DNA from: Octopus vulgaris
Taxonomy: Eukaryota
DNA length: 64,000 nucleotides
Direction of reading: 5' to 3'
Assembly: GCA_951406725.2 (NCBI GenBank)
Contig: OX597832.1
Location: 64,046,001 to 64,110,000, forward strand
Shown here: positions 42,845 through 56,329 of the stretch, piece after piece
Numbering within the stretch: the stretch's first letter is position 1
How the letters are laid out: every line of letters starts with the position of its first letter
The notes under the pieces: generated by a model
Seen by the model: the letters and a program-made list of their open reading frames with translations, nothing else
The model's database searches: none
What the model was told of the DNA's origin: nothing
Made by a program: the position numbers and the translations under genes

Positions 42845-42973
42845 AATATGGTTAATGAAAGGCGAACGGGAACGTGATGTCTTTGCAGCTTTTTTAATAA
42901 AGCATATTATTCTACTTCCGGTATTCAAGTACTACCTTTTTCCACCTTGTTTCACATTTATGTGCTTACTTCA

Positions 42974-43063
<90 letters not shown>

Positions 43064-43353
43064 ATCATATTTTCTATATTTTCCAAGTCTTTTACTTCTA
43101 CCAATATAAAACCCGTTTAAGTAGTGTTGTTTTACTTCTGGAATACACATCTCCCTATCTCCTGCATTGCAATTCACATACACACATATTCATATTTCAA
43201 TACACAGTTTGTAATATAGATAAAGAATGAGGACCAATTTTAGAAATATTCGGGTCATTATTTAGGAATTAATTACGGGTAAAAGGCTGAAAGTAGTAAA
43301 TTAATTGATATGAATATTTAATTATTACACTATTACACCACCATCGCTCCCAT

Positions 43354-43427
<74 letters not shown>

Positions 43428-43445
43428 TTGCTGTTGCTGCTGTTG

Positions 43446-43770
43446 CAGGCGCATGACTTAGTGATTAGGGCATTTTGTTCAAGATGGTAAGGTTGTGATT
43501 TCGATTCCTGGTGGCGTGTTGTGTCCTTAAGCAAGACACTTGATTTCACGTTGCTCCACATCACTCACCTAGCAAAAATAAGTTTTTACCTGTAATTCAA
43601 AGGGCCAGCGGTGACACATTCTGTGTCACGCTGAATCTCCCCGAGAAATGCGTTAAAGTTATGGTTGTCTTTGAAACATTCAACCACTTGTCCGTTAATT
43701 TACAAATCTAGCTGTTCCGTTGATTGAATCAACTTGAACACACCCCGTCGCAACCGACGGAGTGCCAGTC
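43446..43770 (+). mobile_element. Family C-related SINE inside a (CTA)n tract
   Basis: aggcgcatgacttagtgattagggc head, ttcgattcc B box, gtccttaagcaagacact body. Confidence 0.75.
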
Positions 43771-43772
43771 GT

Positions 43773-43834
<62 letters not shown>

Positions 43835-43918
43835 TTAGAACCTGGCAACAACTACAGCAGCAAAATAACAATGTCAATTGCATGAAATATAACACAACGC
43901 AAAAGCAAGAATAATACG

Positions 43919-43992
<74 letters not shown>

Positions 43993-44133
43993 CATCGTCG
44001 CTACAAAAAGCAACAACAACAATAAAGACAGAAGCCATTTCAAAAGCAAAAACAACAGCAGAAATAGCACTAACAACAAAAACAATAACACAAATAACAA
44101 GAAGACAACGGCAAAACGATTAATGATGCAAAA

Positions 44134-44169
<36 letters not shown>

Positions 44170-44575
44170 ATGCTTATTAATAACAACAACATTATCATCC
44201 TCATTATCAACAACAACATTATTAATGCCAACTGTAACAAAAACGAATGAGTAATTGCACCGACAACAACAATAACAACTGCAAGTACAAATCTACACGA
44301 AATGAGAAAAATTCTGTCTATTAGAAATGGCCAACTTGCTTAAGTCATTAATAAATACACATAATGTTATAATTATCAACATACACCTCTCGCTTTCTCT
44401 AACGCATATACACATATGTAGGCTCAAGCGTGGCCGTAACAAGCTTGCCTCCCAACCACATGATTTTCGGTTCAGTCCCACTGCGTGGTATCTTGCGTGA
44501 GTGTCTTTTGCAATAGCCCCAGTCTGACCAAAGTCATGTCAGTGGAATTGGGATACGGAATCTGCAAGAAGCGTG

Positions 44576-44631
<56 letters not shown>

Positions 44632-44727
44632 TATATACACTATACATATATATATATATAAATTTTAAATTTGTTTACAGGAATCGTTATAAATATGCAA
44701 ATAAAACGCCTACTTCATTATGCTGGC

Positions 44728-44778
44728 CACCATCTAAGGATGCTGATTGGTGAACCAATAGAAACGCATGTAGTGATG
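44728..44778 (+). ncRNA. Degenerate hammerhead remnant (G5A)
   Basis: caccat-CTAAGGA-tgctgattggtgaaccaata-GAAAC-gcat-GTA-gtgatg. Confidence 0.4.
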
Positions 44779-45731
44779 CATTGAATATTTATAAATTCCA
44801 TCCAAGGATTATTGTTATTATTACCACACACACACACACACACACACGCACATAAATGTAACTGGTGTTGATATGCTTATCCCCCGCAAATTAGCGGTTC
44901 GTCAAAAGGGTCAACAGAATAAGTTGAAGGCTTAGAAACAGAAAGCAATGGAGTCGATTCGTTCGGCTAAAATTCTACAAGGTTGAGCCCCAGCACAGCA
45001 TATCCGCAGAGTAATGACGGAAGCCAGTAAAAGACACACACACATGCCCATGCGTGTGCACACACACACACCACACACACAAATCATGTACACACACAAA
45101 ATGGTGGATATTACGGCAATTTAACGAAAGATGATTCACTTATTCATTTCACAAAATTGTTTCCCCTCGCATTGAAATGGAGGTGATTTAAGCATATTTT
45201 CATTTCATTTATGCAAATTGCTTCGGTCATGAATCTGCTTCACTCTTTTTTGTATGTCTAAGTTTTCGTTCAGTTGGAAATAAAGTAAAACAATGATTTG
45301 GTGATGACGACCGCTCTTTGTCATTCTTTGTGGACAACCAAACGGACTTCTTAATGTCAGGTAAATTTTGGAGAATGTCCTGATATTCGCACGATAAAAT
45401 ATATTCCATCTTTCGATCTTTGTCTAGAAATTGAAAGAGAGTAGATTTGCCAATCGTCTGGTCCATTTCTCATGGATGATACTGTTTTCATGGTGTCTGG
45501 CAGTTTGTTTTGTTCCGTAATAAAAGATCTTCTCTTTCTCTAATTGCCGATCCACCTGTCTGTTTGTATATCTGCATACTCAATATATTAGAGCACTGTA
45601 ACGGAATGCAATAAGGTATTTCCTTGGGGATCTTTTGCGGTTGGGCATCGAAATGGACTCGAAACATCTTGCTCAAATGCATCAATAAATTAACATTGAT
45701 ATTTTTTTCACCTTTGTTACAATCATCTGAA

Positions 45732-46808
45732 ATGGAACTGTCAAAGCGCGATATCCGAACAATTCAACTTCAAAAAAGGACGTAAAGCAATTGAAACTGC
45801 TCGCGATATCAACGAAACATTTGGTGAGGAAATGACTAGTGAGTGGTCATTTCGAAAATGGTTTAAATGATTTCGCAGTGGAGACCTGGGCCTTGAAGAT
45901 CGTGAGCGTAGTGGACGCCCATCTGTCATCGATGACGGTAAATTAAAGACCGTCATTGAGAAAGATACACGTAAAACCACCCGAGAACTGGCAAATGAAC
46001 TTCAGGTTAGACAGAAAACTGCCTACAACCATTTGCATGCAATCAGAAAATCAAAAAGGCTCGACAAATGGGTACCGCACGATTTGAATGAAAATCAGAA
46101 AATGCGCAGATATGAAATTTGCTCGTCGCTTCTTCTCCGTAACCAGACCGACTCATTGCCTTACCGTATTGTAACTTGCGATGAAAAGTGGATTCTGTAC
46201 CACAATAAAAAACGTTCTTTGTAGTAGTTGGACCAAAATGAAACACCGAAAACCTCTAAACCCGAGCTTTTCAAAAAGAAGGTTATGGTGACTGTTTGGT
46301 GGTGTACTGCTGAACTCATCCACTATAACTTCTTAAAACTCGGAAAAAAACCATTACTACAGAAACATATTGCCATGAAATTGCCAAAAATGAACGAAAA
46401 TCTGTTACTCCTCCGTCCCGCACAGGTCAGTAGAAGAGGGCCAATGATTCTTCATGACAATGCTCGACCTCCCTAATGACGCTCCAGAAGTTGAGGGAAC
46501 TTGGCTACAAAGTTTTTCCGCTCCCAGTTTATTCTCCAGACCTTTCTCCTACGTATTATCACTTTTTCAAGCACCTTGATGGTTTCTTGCGAGAAGAGTT
46601 CAAAAATCAAACCGCTGCTGAAAGTGCGTTCAAAGAGTTCATCAGCTCCAGAACTCCAGATTTTTATGTTACCAGATTAAACAAACTTGGCAAAAATGTG
46701 TTGGTTGCAATGGTTCTTACTTTGATGAATAAAATGTCCGCATTGTTGAGATATATTGTGACGAATTTCATGTTTCAAAAGGTTACTTGCTTTTTACTCA
46801 GCCTGATT
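45732..46808 (+). pseudogene. Mariner (Mos1/Hsmar1-like, DD34D) transposase pseudogene with 3' TIR
   Basis: MELSKRDIR...SGRPS...KWVPHDL...RIVTCDEKW...KKVMVTVWW...LHDNARP...YSPDLSPTYYHFF with stops and frameshifts. Confidence 0.93.
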
Positions 46809-47027
46809 TAAGTATGGATTTGTTCATAGTTTACAAACGGAAAGAGCTGAATCTTCCACAAGCCTGCATTGACACACACGCACACACCACCACGCTTATA
46901 CTGACATGATCAACAAAATATCGTGAAACTCGGAAGAGCAACATTGAGTCATTTCAGCATCATGATAATTATTTACATTTTATTTGGTCACTGAGTATTT
47001 GTATAGGAATTGTGTGATTGTATGTGC

Positions 47028-47069
<42 letters not shown>

Positions 47070-47179
47070 GCACGTTCACAAGCACATATCCACGTGTATG
47101 AGTTGTAAAATATATAGTTCATAAACTATACAATATATACATACATGCATATATATATATATATATATACAATATATAA

Positions 47180-47211
<32 letters not shown>

Positions 47212-47506
47212 TCACACTGTCACGGGCATCACTCACATATAGACGCATCTATGTTTACCCCTGCACACACACATAATTGTATAGCATATATGCACGCATC
47301 GATAGCAACTAAATAGTTTACATAAAATTTTCCGTTGAATGCAGTGCAATTAAGCAAAAGATTGGTTAAGTTGAAATATTTTGTCAAAATATTCTGTTAC
47401 AATAACGCACTAATTAGGTTTTTGAGATGACCGCACTTTCAATAAACTCTTAAAGCCTTACTATTTACAAAAATGTCATATACGCATTTATCTGAGTTGT
47501 TGTTGC

Positions 47507-47562
<56 letters not shown>

Positions 47563-47563
<1 letters not shown>

Positions 47564-47781
47564 GGGAGTGAGCTAGTGGGATTGTTAAAACGTCGGAAAA
47601 AATCCTTTAAGGTATTTATCTCTACCGACTCTTTATATTGTGAGTTCAAATTCTGCCGAGGTCGATTTTGCTTTCCATCATTATGGGATCGCTAAAATAA
47701 GTACCAGTTGTATACTGGGGTTGATTTAATCGACTGGCCCTTCCCCCAAATTGCAGGCCTTGTGCCTATATTAGAAAGGAT
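47563..47781 (+). mobile_element. Family B SINE within (ATT)n
   Basis: tgagttcaaattctgccgaggtcgattttgc core; ggccttgtgcctatattagaaagg tail. Confidence 0.8.
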
Positions 47782-47800
47782 TTATTATTATTATTATTAC

Positions 47801-47849
<49 letters not shown>

Positions 47850-47959
47850 GTTGTTGTTGTTGTTGTTGTTTTTGGTGTTGTTATTATTATAGTTTTGTCT
47901 TCCCAGAACTGGTAATGGGTACTTTCATATGCCGAGAAATGGACAGTTTGGTAAAAACT

Positions 47960-48300
47960 ACGGCCAATGTGTGTGTTACAATTTATTTTCCATAGATCAG
48001 AGCGGGATGTAGAGGAGATGTAGCTTGTTTTGAACACCAAAGAAGAAACGAGGCGATAGATAGAGTTGTGAAGGTGCATGTCCTATCATATGAGAGAGAC
48101 GTAATACAATGAACAGGGCAAAAACATCGGTAGAAAGATTACATCTTGACTCGTAGCAAGCTGTAAGCGTAGAGAGAACATGAAACAATACACAGTCAGA
48201 AATGATGGAGGCTGCATGAATATGTAAATCCTGATAATCCCCAACGACTGTAATGCTACTCCCGATCAGGGGCTTATTGTGGCTTCAGAAAGAAATTATA
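47960..48300 (-). pseudogene. Possible highly decayed CR1/Jockey-group LINE 3' remnant
   Basis: LSTDVFALFIVLRLSHMIGHAPSQL weakly resembles HRRDVASL..FYRYYHGHCSSEL. Confidence 0.3.
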
Positions 48301-49062
48301 AAAAAAAAACCGGTTCAGTTGGTGGTACAGCATATAGAATGTAGTTTCTATACATGTGAATGCTACTGTGATTTAAGTCTGTTCCTCCTAAAGGAGTTGG
48401 AACAGCAGATCGCTAAAAAACAGGTTTCCAAAATGTTTCTGGTCGCAGGTCCAAGTTTTATGGAAAAGTCACTTCGATTTCAGGAAGTAACGGAGCTTGA
48501 GAGGTCTCCCTGTTGTATCTAACTGTCGTCTTGCAACGATAAGGCGAGGAAGGGTCTTGCAAAGTATTGTAAAAACGAGAGAAAACATGACTAAACAGAA
48601 GAGAAAACACAACTTGGGACTAAACAGCAGCATGACACCCTAGGGAAGACCTATCTCTTCCTGTGATGGGATGAAACATGGACAATAAAGGAAAGACAGA
48701 CGATGGGAACCATTTGAAAGAGAAGAACGGTAGGTGAGAGGACAAAGGATGAGTTTGAGGAAAACTTAAGTCAACAACAAGCGATTAGTTTATCAAGAAG
48801 CTCAAGCGAACTTGTCAGGGGTTGAGACAAAATTTGACCTCTGTTTAACATCAAGAACATTCACAGGCATTTTCAAGGATGCAGGGTTCCACTACTTGGA
48901 GCAATAGGAAGTCAGTCTTCTGTGATATCGTGAACTAGCGTCAGTGAAGTCTTTCTACTCGAATGTGGTTGTTTTAATTGCTTTTATTTATATCTATTTA
49001 TATTTACATTTTTTAAAATGTAAATTGCTTCTATTTCTTTACTGATTTTTTACCATACGGAC

Positions 49063-49146
49063 GTGGTGGGGGCGGCAGTGGTTGTGGTAGTGGTGGGGTA
49101 ATGGGTTTTGTGTATGGCAATGATGCAACGAGTAACCATTATTTTC
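49063..49146 (+). repeat. 84-bp dispersed direct duplication (copy 1; copy 2 at 55920-56003)
   Basis: gtggtggggg(c/t)ggcagtggttgtggtagtggtggggtaatgggttttgtgtatggcaatgatgcaacgagtaaccattattttc, one mismatch. Confidence 0.9.
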
Positions 49147-50603
49147 CCGAAATACTTGCCGTAATGTGGAACCACGCAAAGTGAAATGCACTTTCCTCAT
49201 GACTTCTCTTTAACACGAAATTTTATGTTGCAGAAATTCTACGTTACGGTAAAATGTTCAAATTCGCTCTTGTGTTTCAAAATCTGTCCATCTCTTTTAG
49301 CTAGGTTCTGAGATTTCTTAATCATAACGGTAAGCAAATGATTTTACGATGTTTATCCATTTTGTGTTCCACGATCATATCAAATCTCCTTCCTTCATCA
49401 ATATGGTCAAACTCTATTGAGAAACTCTATAAAATCTTGAAATTATTATATTTTATGACAATATCTGATACGTGTTCAGACCATTTACTTCTATTTCAAA
49501 TCCTCAAAGTTGGTTAACTTCTCAATTTACCTTTTATCGATACACAGTCGCCTGTCTTTTGCATGGTAGCTATTTGTATTGTCATTCGTGATTCAAGAGG
49601 ACCTCAGAAGGTGAAAGCAGAAGTAGTGGTAACAGTAGTAGCCTCAACAACATAAACGATAACGCTCCCTAATCATTTCCAAACACAAACACAAACGATA
49701 AATTCATATATAAACAAAATAAACAATGGAAAAATCAAACGAACAGAGCTTAGTTTCAGACAATAAAGCTGAAAAAGAATGTTAATTAATTTAAAACATT
49801 AGTTAAAGGAAAGCATTAATTTAGATGAATATAAAATTTAAAAAACAAATAACAAAACAACCAAATCTATTTGAATAGTACAAATAGAAACAACACACAA
49901 ACAACATGTACATTTCTCCTTTGCAAGCGTTGTGAGTCAAAAGGAGGTTTTGATATGAACCACTCGACAAAACGGTGAAGATGTGAACAAGGATTGGCGT
50001 GAGAGGCAGTGCATCCTCGTTCGAGGAATTTACCCAGGATACAGTGAAGAGAAATGCGTTATATATGCAAATTGTTCAATCCGATTTAGTGAAATAGTAA
50101 TAGTGCATTTACAAGTAGTGTCTCCTAGGATGGCTAAAATGGTTATTTGGTGTCTAACACTGTACTGGAATCACTCTGTCCGAACCCTCTAATTTCTGTT
50201 CGATAAAGTGCTACATACTGTTTATAGATTTATTGCCAAACACTGTAAAACCCACTAGACACGACTCCCCCACCACACACATATAATGATATATATATAT
50301 ATATATGAGTACGATACAAGTATGGGAGTGCGTGTATATATATATATATATATATATACATATGTGTGTGGGAGGGGTTATCTGTATTTTCTCCTCTTCA
50401 GCTTTTCTCACCCGCTCCCTTCCTTTCTGTCCCCTTCAGTGTATTTTAGTTATTAAATCGAAATGATAGATGCAGTGAGAAACGGCAGGAAATTGTAAAA
50501 TATACCACCACGCACGCTACACGCACTCTCACATACTTTCGCTCACACACTCACACACACACACACACACTTGCGCACACTCTTTCCCCCTCTCTTTCTC
50601 GAT

Positions 50604-50850
50604 CTCTCTTTCTCCCCTGTCTCACATACTCGCTTTCTCTCACTTTCACACACACATACACACTCTCTCTTCTCTCTCTCCCACACACTCACTCTCTTCC
50701 CCTCCCTCTCCCACACACGCTCTCTCTTTCCCCCTCTCTTTCTCCCCTGTCTCACATACTCGCTTTCTCTCACTTTCACACACACATACATACTCCCTCT
50801 TCTCTCTCTCCCACACACTCACTCTCTTCCCCTCCCTCTCCCACACACAC
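50604..50850. repeat. 130-bp tandem duplication in a CT-rich tract
   Basis: ctctctttctcccctgtctcacatactcgctttctctcac at 50604 and 50734. Confidence 0.85.
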
Positions 50851-51850
50851 ACTCTCTCTGCCTCCTCTCACTCTTCCTCCTCTCACTCTTCCTCTCTGTC
50901 TCCTATCTCCTTGTTCTCTCTCCCTCTCTCAGATACACCTTCTCCCCTCTCGTTCTCTTCCTTTCTCTCTCTCACTCACACACACATTCTTTCCTCACTT
51001 GTTCTCTTCCTCTCTTTCTCGCACACACTCTCTCTTCTCTCTTCCTTTTTCACTTTTACACATGCAACCTCTCCCACCACCATATATATATATATATATA
51101 TATATACATCTGTGAGTTATAATTAGTAGGCTATAAAAAAAAAACATTACACTGGTTAAGTGCACTCTTGTGATGAGTATTACTAAAAAGAAGACATGTG
51201 ACGTATTAGTTTCTCAAACGGATTAGTGAAGCTGTTTGTGTTTTCATGACGTTCAACAATTTACTCACCTCTGGCGATTCGTTTGGAAACTGAAACAATA
51301 TAAATCAAATCATATACATACCTCATTTAGCATCTATTTTCTTATACACCTCAATATTACACGGTGTATAAATTATTGTGTACAATCTGTAGCAAGCATG
51401 TGTGTGTGTGTGTGTACGCGCGTTTGTATTTTTATGTGCGTGTATGTATGTTTATGTGCTTGTTTAAGCACTTGCTTGTGAAAACAGTGTGAAAACAGCT
51501 CTTGTACGTGTGTACTTGTACATACATGTGTACATGTAGTTATGTGTGCATGTATGTTTTTGTGAGCTTTACATCAACACGCTCTTTATCTGTGCATGTT
51601 TTTATGTGTGTGCCATTTATATATATAATTATGTGTGTGCGTATGTTTCTCTTCGTGTGCGCGCGCCTCTTAGTGTACGTGTATATTTAGATGCGTTTGT
51701 TCGATATTTTTATATATAGGCATGTGTGTGTGTATGTGTGTGTTTGTGCACGTGAGTGTAAATGTATATTTTTGTATGCATATTTCTGTATGCTTGTATT
51801 TACATATTTCTATATGCTCATGAATTCATGTGTGAGCCTGTTTATAGACT

Positions 51851-52096
51851 TGAAATGAAAGAAATCTCGAACGCCGGAGAATGACCGAGAAAACAGATTA
51901 GAGAACCTAGTAATATATAATTATAGACGGAAATAAAAGTGGCCAGCGGGCCGCCATCGAGATTCGAACTCTGTATCGCAAAAAGAAAAGCGATTCTGTT
52001 CCCTGTACCCGCTTGCTGGCCACATTTCCCCCCCGGTTACATAGGTATTTGACTCGATTTCACAGCTATCCTGCGATCAAGATTTCTTTCATTCCA
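51851..52096. repeat. Old imperfect foldback (MITE-like)
   Basis: tgaaatgaaagaaatctcgaacgccgga pairs with tcctgcgatcaagatttctttcattcca; inner gtggccagc / gctggccac. Confidence 0.6.
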
Positions 52097-52144
52097 TGAA
52101 ATACGAATTCATTCGGGCGCTTCAATGTTTCTTCATTATATAAA

Positions 52145-52317
52145 GGCATGGCTGTGTGGTAAGAAGCTTGCTTCCCAATCACATGCTTATGGGTTCAGTT
52201 CCCCTGCATGGCACCTTGGGCATGTGTCTTCTACTAAAGCCTAGGGCCGACCAAAGCCTTTTGAGTGGATTTGGTCGACAGAAACTGAAAGAAGCCCGTC
52301 GTGTATATATATGTATG

Positions 52318-52401
<84 letters not shown>

Positions 52402-52560
52402 AGTAACATTTGTAGCCACTTTAACATGGCTGTCAGTTCGAGCAGACTATATCGCGATTTTTTTTAACCCCAAGAGAACATCTCCTCTTGCTGGTTAACA
52501 TCCCATAAAACTGCGAGCAGAGGAGAAGATCCCTACCATCTTCTAGCGACATATATATAT

Positions 52561-52613
<53 letters not shown>

Positions 52614-52860
52614 GTATATATGTGTGTGTGTGTGTGTGTGTATGTGTGTCTGTGTATGTCTTTGTGTCTGTGTTTGTCTTCCCACCATCGCTTGATAACC
52701 AATGTTGGTCTGTTTACGTCCCCGTAACTTAGCGGTTCGGCAAAAGAGCCCGATAAAATAAGCACTAGGCTTACAAAGTCCTGGGATCGATTTCTTCGAC
52801 TAAGAACCTTTAGAGCGGTGCTCTAGCATCGCCGCAGTCAAATGACTGAAACGTAGAGGA
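52145..52860 (+). mobile_element. Family A SINE whose internal (TA)n holds a foreign insert
   Basis: Head ggcatggctgtgtggtaagaagcttgc; the 3' half resumes at about 52620 and ends gccgcagtcaaatgactgaaac. Confidence 0.85.
52400..52550 (-). mobile_element. Fragment of the ~355-nt retrozyme-like family (no HHR retained)
   Basis: Reverse strand taaccagcaagaggagatgttctcttggggttaaaaa...gccatgttaaagtggc aligns with tagccagctggaggagtgtgtcctcctggggctaaaaa...gccatattgaaatggc of the 20.4-kb unit. Confidence 0.7.
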
Positions 52861-53108
52861 AAAAAAGAACATATATACATACATACAGATAAATATATAT
52901 ATGTGATTGTATTGTCGAGCAACATATTCCTGATTATGGCACGTAGACACTCAGACTGTAAGAGCCGAGTTTATTGCTAAGAGCAACAATCGGCGCGAAA
53001 CCTTCTGACCGGTTATACGCCATGGCTATTTCGTTCGACAGTACAAAAGTATAAAAGCAAGCTCTTTTAGAATGTGCGTTTTCACCCTGACCTATGGACA
53101 ACAAAGCG

Positions 53109-53149
<41 letters not shown>

Positions 53150-53231
53150 GCATATATATTTGCTTGTATAAACGGATGAATGTATCCAACATTGTCATAA
53201 TATATACGTAAGTATTATTAATCGTGTTTAC

Positions 53232-53316
53232 CTTGGCACTGTTCCTGACGAAGGCAAGAAATGTATAGAAAGGTGTCCGCTCGTAATCCAATGGTTGTCT
53301 GAGACGGATGCTGCCA
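53232..53316 (-). CDS. Internal exon of a cadherin-superfamily gene (extracellular cadherin repeat)
   Basis: ttttcctctttcag|t-GSIRLRQPLDYERTPFYTFLAFVRNSAK|gtaaac; 85 nt, phase 2 to 0; G.I.L...LDYE....Y.L signature. Confidence 0.85.
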
Positions 53317-53598
53317 CTGAAAGAGGAAAACAAAAGACATATCTTTTATAAAGAGTTCACCAAAAGCCCTACCCACTCTTTCATCTTCTGTAGTGAATGA
53401 ATGTGCTTATATTGTTGTTTCCCTGGCACTCAAATTTATTAGCTCTTCTGATTCACACACACACACACACATACACACACACGCACACACACACACACGC
53501 ACACACACGTACATACATTAGAAATATAAAAAAAATTTATACGCATAAATACCTACTTATATACAGATAGATGTATATACACATACATACACACACAT

Positions 53599-53639
<41 letters not shown>

Positions 53640-53739
53640 CAGACATATATATATCGATACACATGTATATATACATACATATTTATGTATACATACATGT
53701 GAATGTATATATATATATATATATATATATACACAACAC

Positions 53740-53787
<48 letters not shown>

Positions 53788-55156
53788 GTATTCATACATA
53801 TTTACATATATTTATATATATATATATACAGACGATATTCTCAAGCGCACACGCACACACACACACACACGTACATACAAATAACATACACACATACACA
53901 TATCTATCTTGATTGATTGATAAAAAAGAGAGAAAGTTTGTTTGGTGAGTGCGTATATAATAAAAAACGTCGTTCCATTGGTATTCCAAGATACATTTGG
54001 GATACGGCTATGATATCTTAGAAGATTTGTTCAAAATTATAGCTTTAGAACTTTGCTAAGACATAATAATTTAGTCTACAATACGAGATGGCGCCTTTAA
54101 GACTAACCAATATTTGTACACAATTTATCACAATCAGTTATCTATACAATCTTAAGAAACCATTTTAAAACACCGTTAAAGAAACCGCACCGAACTCATT
54201 TCTATATGTCAACATATTGCTAAATACTTTTTAGATATCATAATGTTAGACGGCCAATTGTATTCTGCAAGTTTTCTTTTCAAAAATTTTCTATTTTCTT
54301 AAATATATTATTAACGGCGAGTAACGTACCTCTTATAAATAGCTATTCTAGTTTCCCCCGTATAATTGCATAGAGATGTATCGTTACATATATCTATATA
54401 TATATATAAAAGGGTTAACTTCTGCTTTGTAATAAGTTTGTTTACGAAAAATCATGTTTAAAAACAATTTACATATGAATTATAATTAAACTGTTTAAAC
54501 GCCGCATGCATTCACATCCACCATATGTGCACATAATATAATTTGTTAGCTTTGTAACCAATGAATATTTAACTAAAACAGAATATGTTTCTAATACTAA
54601 CTATGACATATTTATATGTGAAAGAAGAACAATAGAACTTGTCCCGTTTTACCTGATCAATCTTGTGATGAGGAAACGGGAGTATATAGTGAGAATAACT
54701 ACTATTCAGCTATGGATGTATGTAAATATACATGCCAACATATATATGTATACTCAGAGAACACCCATATATATGCATACATATACGTACCTACACGCAA
54801 ACACACACACATGTATGCACACATAGCATACATACATATACTCATATACTCATATGTACCAGCATACGTATGAAGATACATGAACATACATAAACACATG
54901 CGTAAATGTGTGTATTCGTGTGTTAGCATTTGTATGTCATTATCTCCCTGACTCTATGTATGCGTTTATGATAGTGTATGTGTGTGTGTGTATGTTAAGT
55001 CTTCCCGTGTGTGCGCCTGTGTTCGCGCGTGTTTTATGTCAGCTTGCAGTCCTTCGTTTGTTTTATTGTCAATAAAGAAAACACGTGACTTCAATGACAC
55101 TTTAAATAACCCCAAGAATTGATAATTGATAATTGAATTTTTAGGAAAAGAATGAC

Positions 55157-55184
55157 CTGGAATCGATTCGTATCATAGCAACCA
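55157..55184 (-). CDS. Candidate 28-nt upstream cadherin microexon
   Basis: gtgtttcacag|tggttgctatgatacgaatcgattccag|gtcatt; splicing to 53316 gives MIRIDSSGSIRLRQPLDYE in frame; donor is weak. Confidence 0.3.
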
Positions 55185-55301
55185 CTGTGAAACACACGCA
55201 CACATATCTGCACCTATACATACATATATACATACATACATACATACATACATACACACAAACACATATATATATATATATATACACGCACACACACACA
55301 A

Positions 55302-55346
<45 letters not shown>

Positions 55347-55450
55347 TGTGTTTATATATATATACAAACATACATGTATGATATATATGTATATATATAT
55401 GCATATTTATATATAATTTTATGAACTCTTTTATATACATACAACGCATT

Positions 55451-55483
<33 letters not shown>

Positions 55484-56329
55484 ATGTGTGTGTCTGTGTG
55501 TGTGTATGCACATATGTATATATATGTATGTATATTTTATGTACACACATGTATTTTCATACACACACATCCCTATCTGCCTGTCTCTCTGTCTATCTGT
55601 GCGCGCGCAAGTATGTGCCTCCATGTGGAAGTGTAAACATGACGGTTCTACAATAAAAAGATCAGGCGATGTTATCTATGAGCAGTTCTACAGACACCGA
55701 TGTACATCCAACCACACACACACACACATTGCACAGAAAGAAAGTACTATGTCTTAGACATTGAAATTCAATTGTTATCTGAAGAAATAATGGTTGTTCC
55801 CTTGATGTATGGCACTGTGTTGGCCGTCGGTTATGGCGGCGGCGGTTACAGATGTTGTCAAGGTGTTGGTGGTGGCGTGCTGGTTGTAGTGGTGTCGATG
55901 GTGGGGGATCATTGTTAGAGTGGTGGGGGTGGCAGTGGTTGTGGTAGTGGTGGGGTAATGGGTTTTGTGTATGGCAATGATGCAACGAGTAACCATTATT
56001 TTCACGATGATGGTTATGATGCCGTTTTGTATGCGTGATCGTAAAAATTATGACGGTGGTAGTATGATGGTGATAGTAATTACAGCTATGACTCTGCTGT
56101 TGACTACGATGGTATGGTTGTAGTTGGTAGTAGTTTTGACGGTAGTTGCGATGGTGTTATAGGCAATAGTGGTTTGGTGAGGTTGTTATTGTATTGGTTA
56201 TGAGTCTCACTGGTGAAAGTGGTATGTGATGGTATGGTACTGGTTATAGTAGTGGTTGTGGTAGCAATTATAATGAAAGCTATGATAGAGTATTGAAGCT
56301 GAAAGTATTCCCACGCGGTGGTGTTTATA

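Noticed and set aside
45227-45466. ORF with IGKSTL resembling a Walker A motif
   Set aside because: Lacks the upstream G of GxxxxGKS, is preceded by an in-frame stop and has no other NTPase motifs
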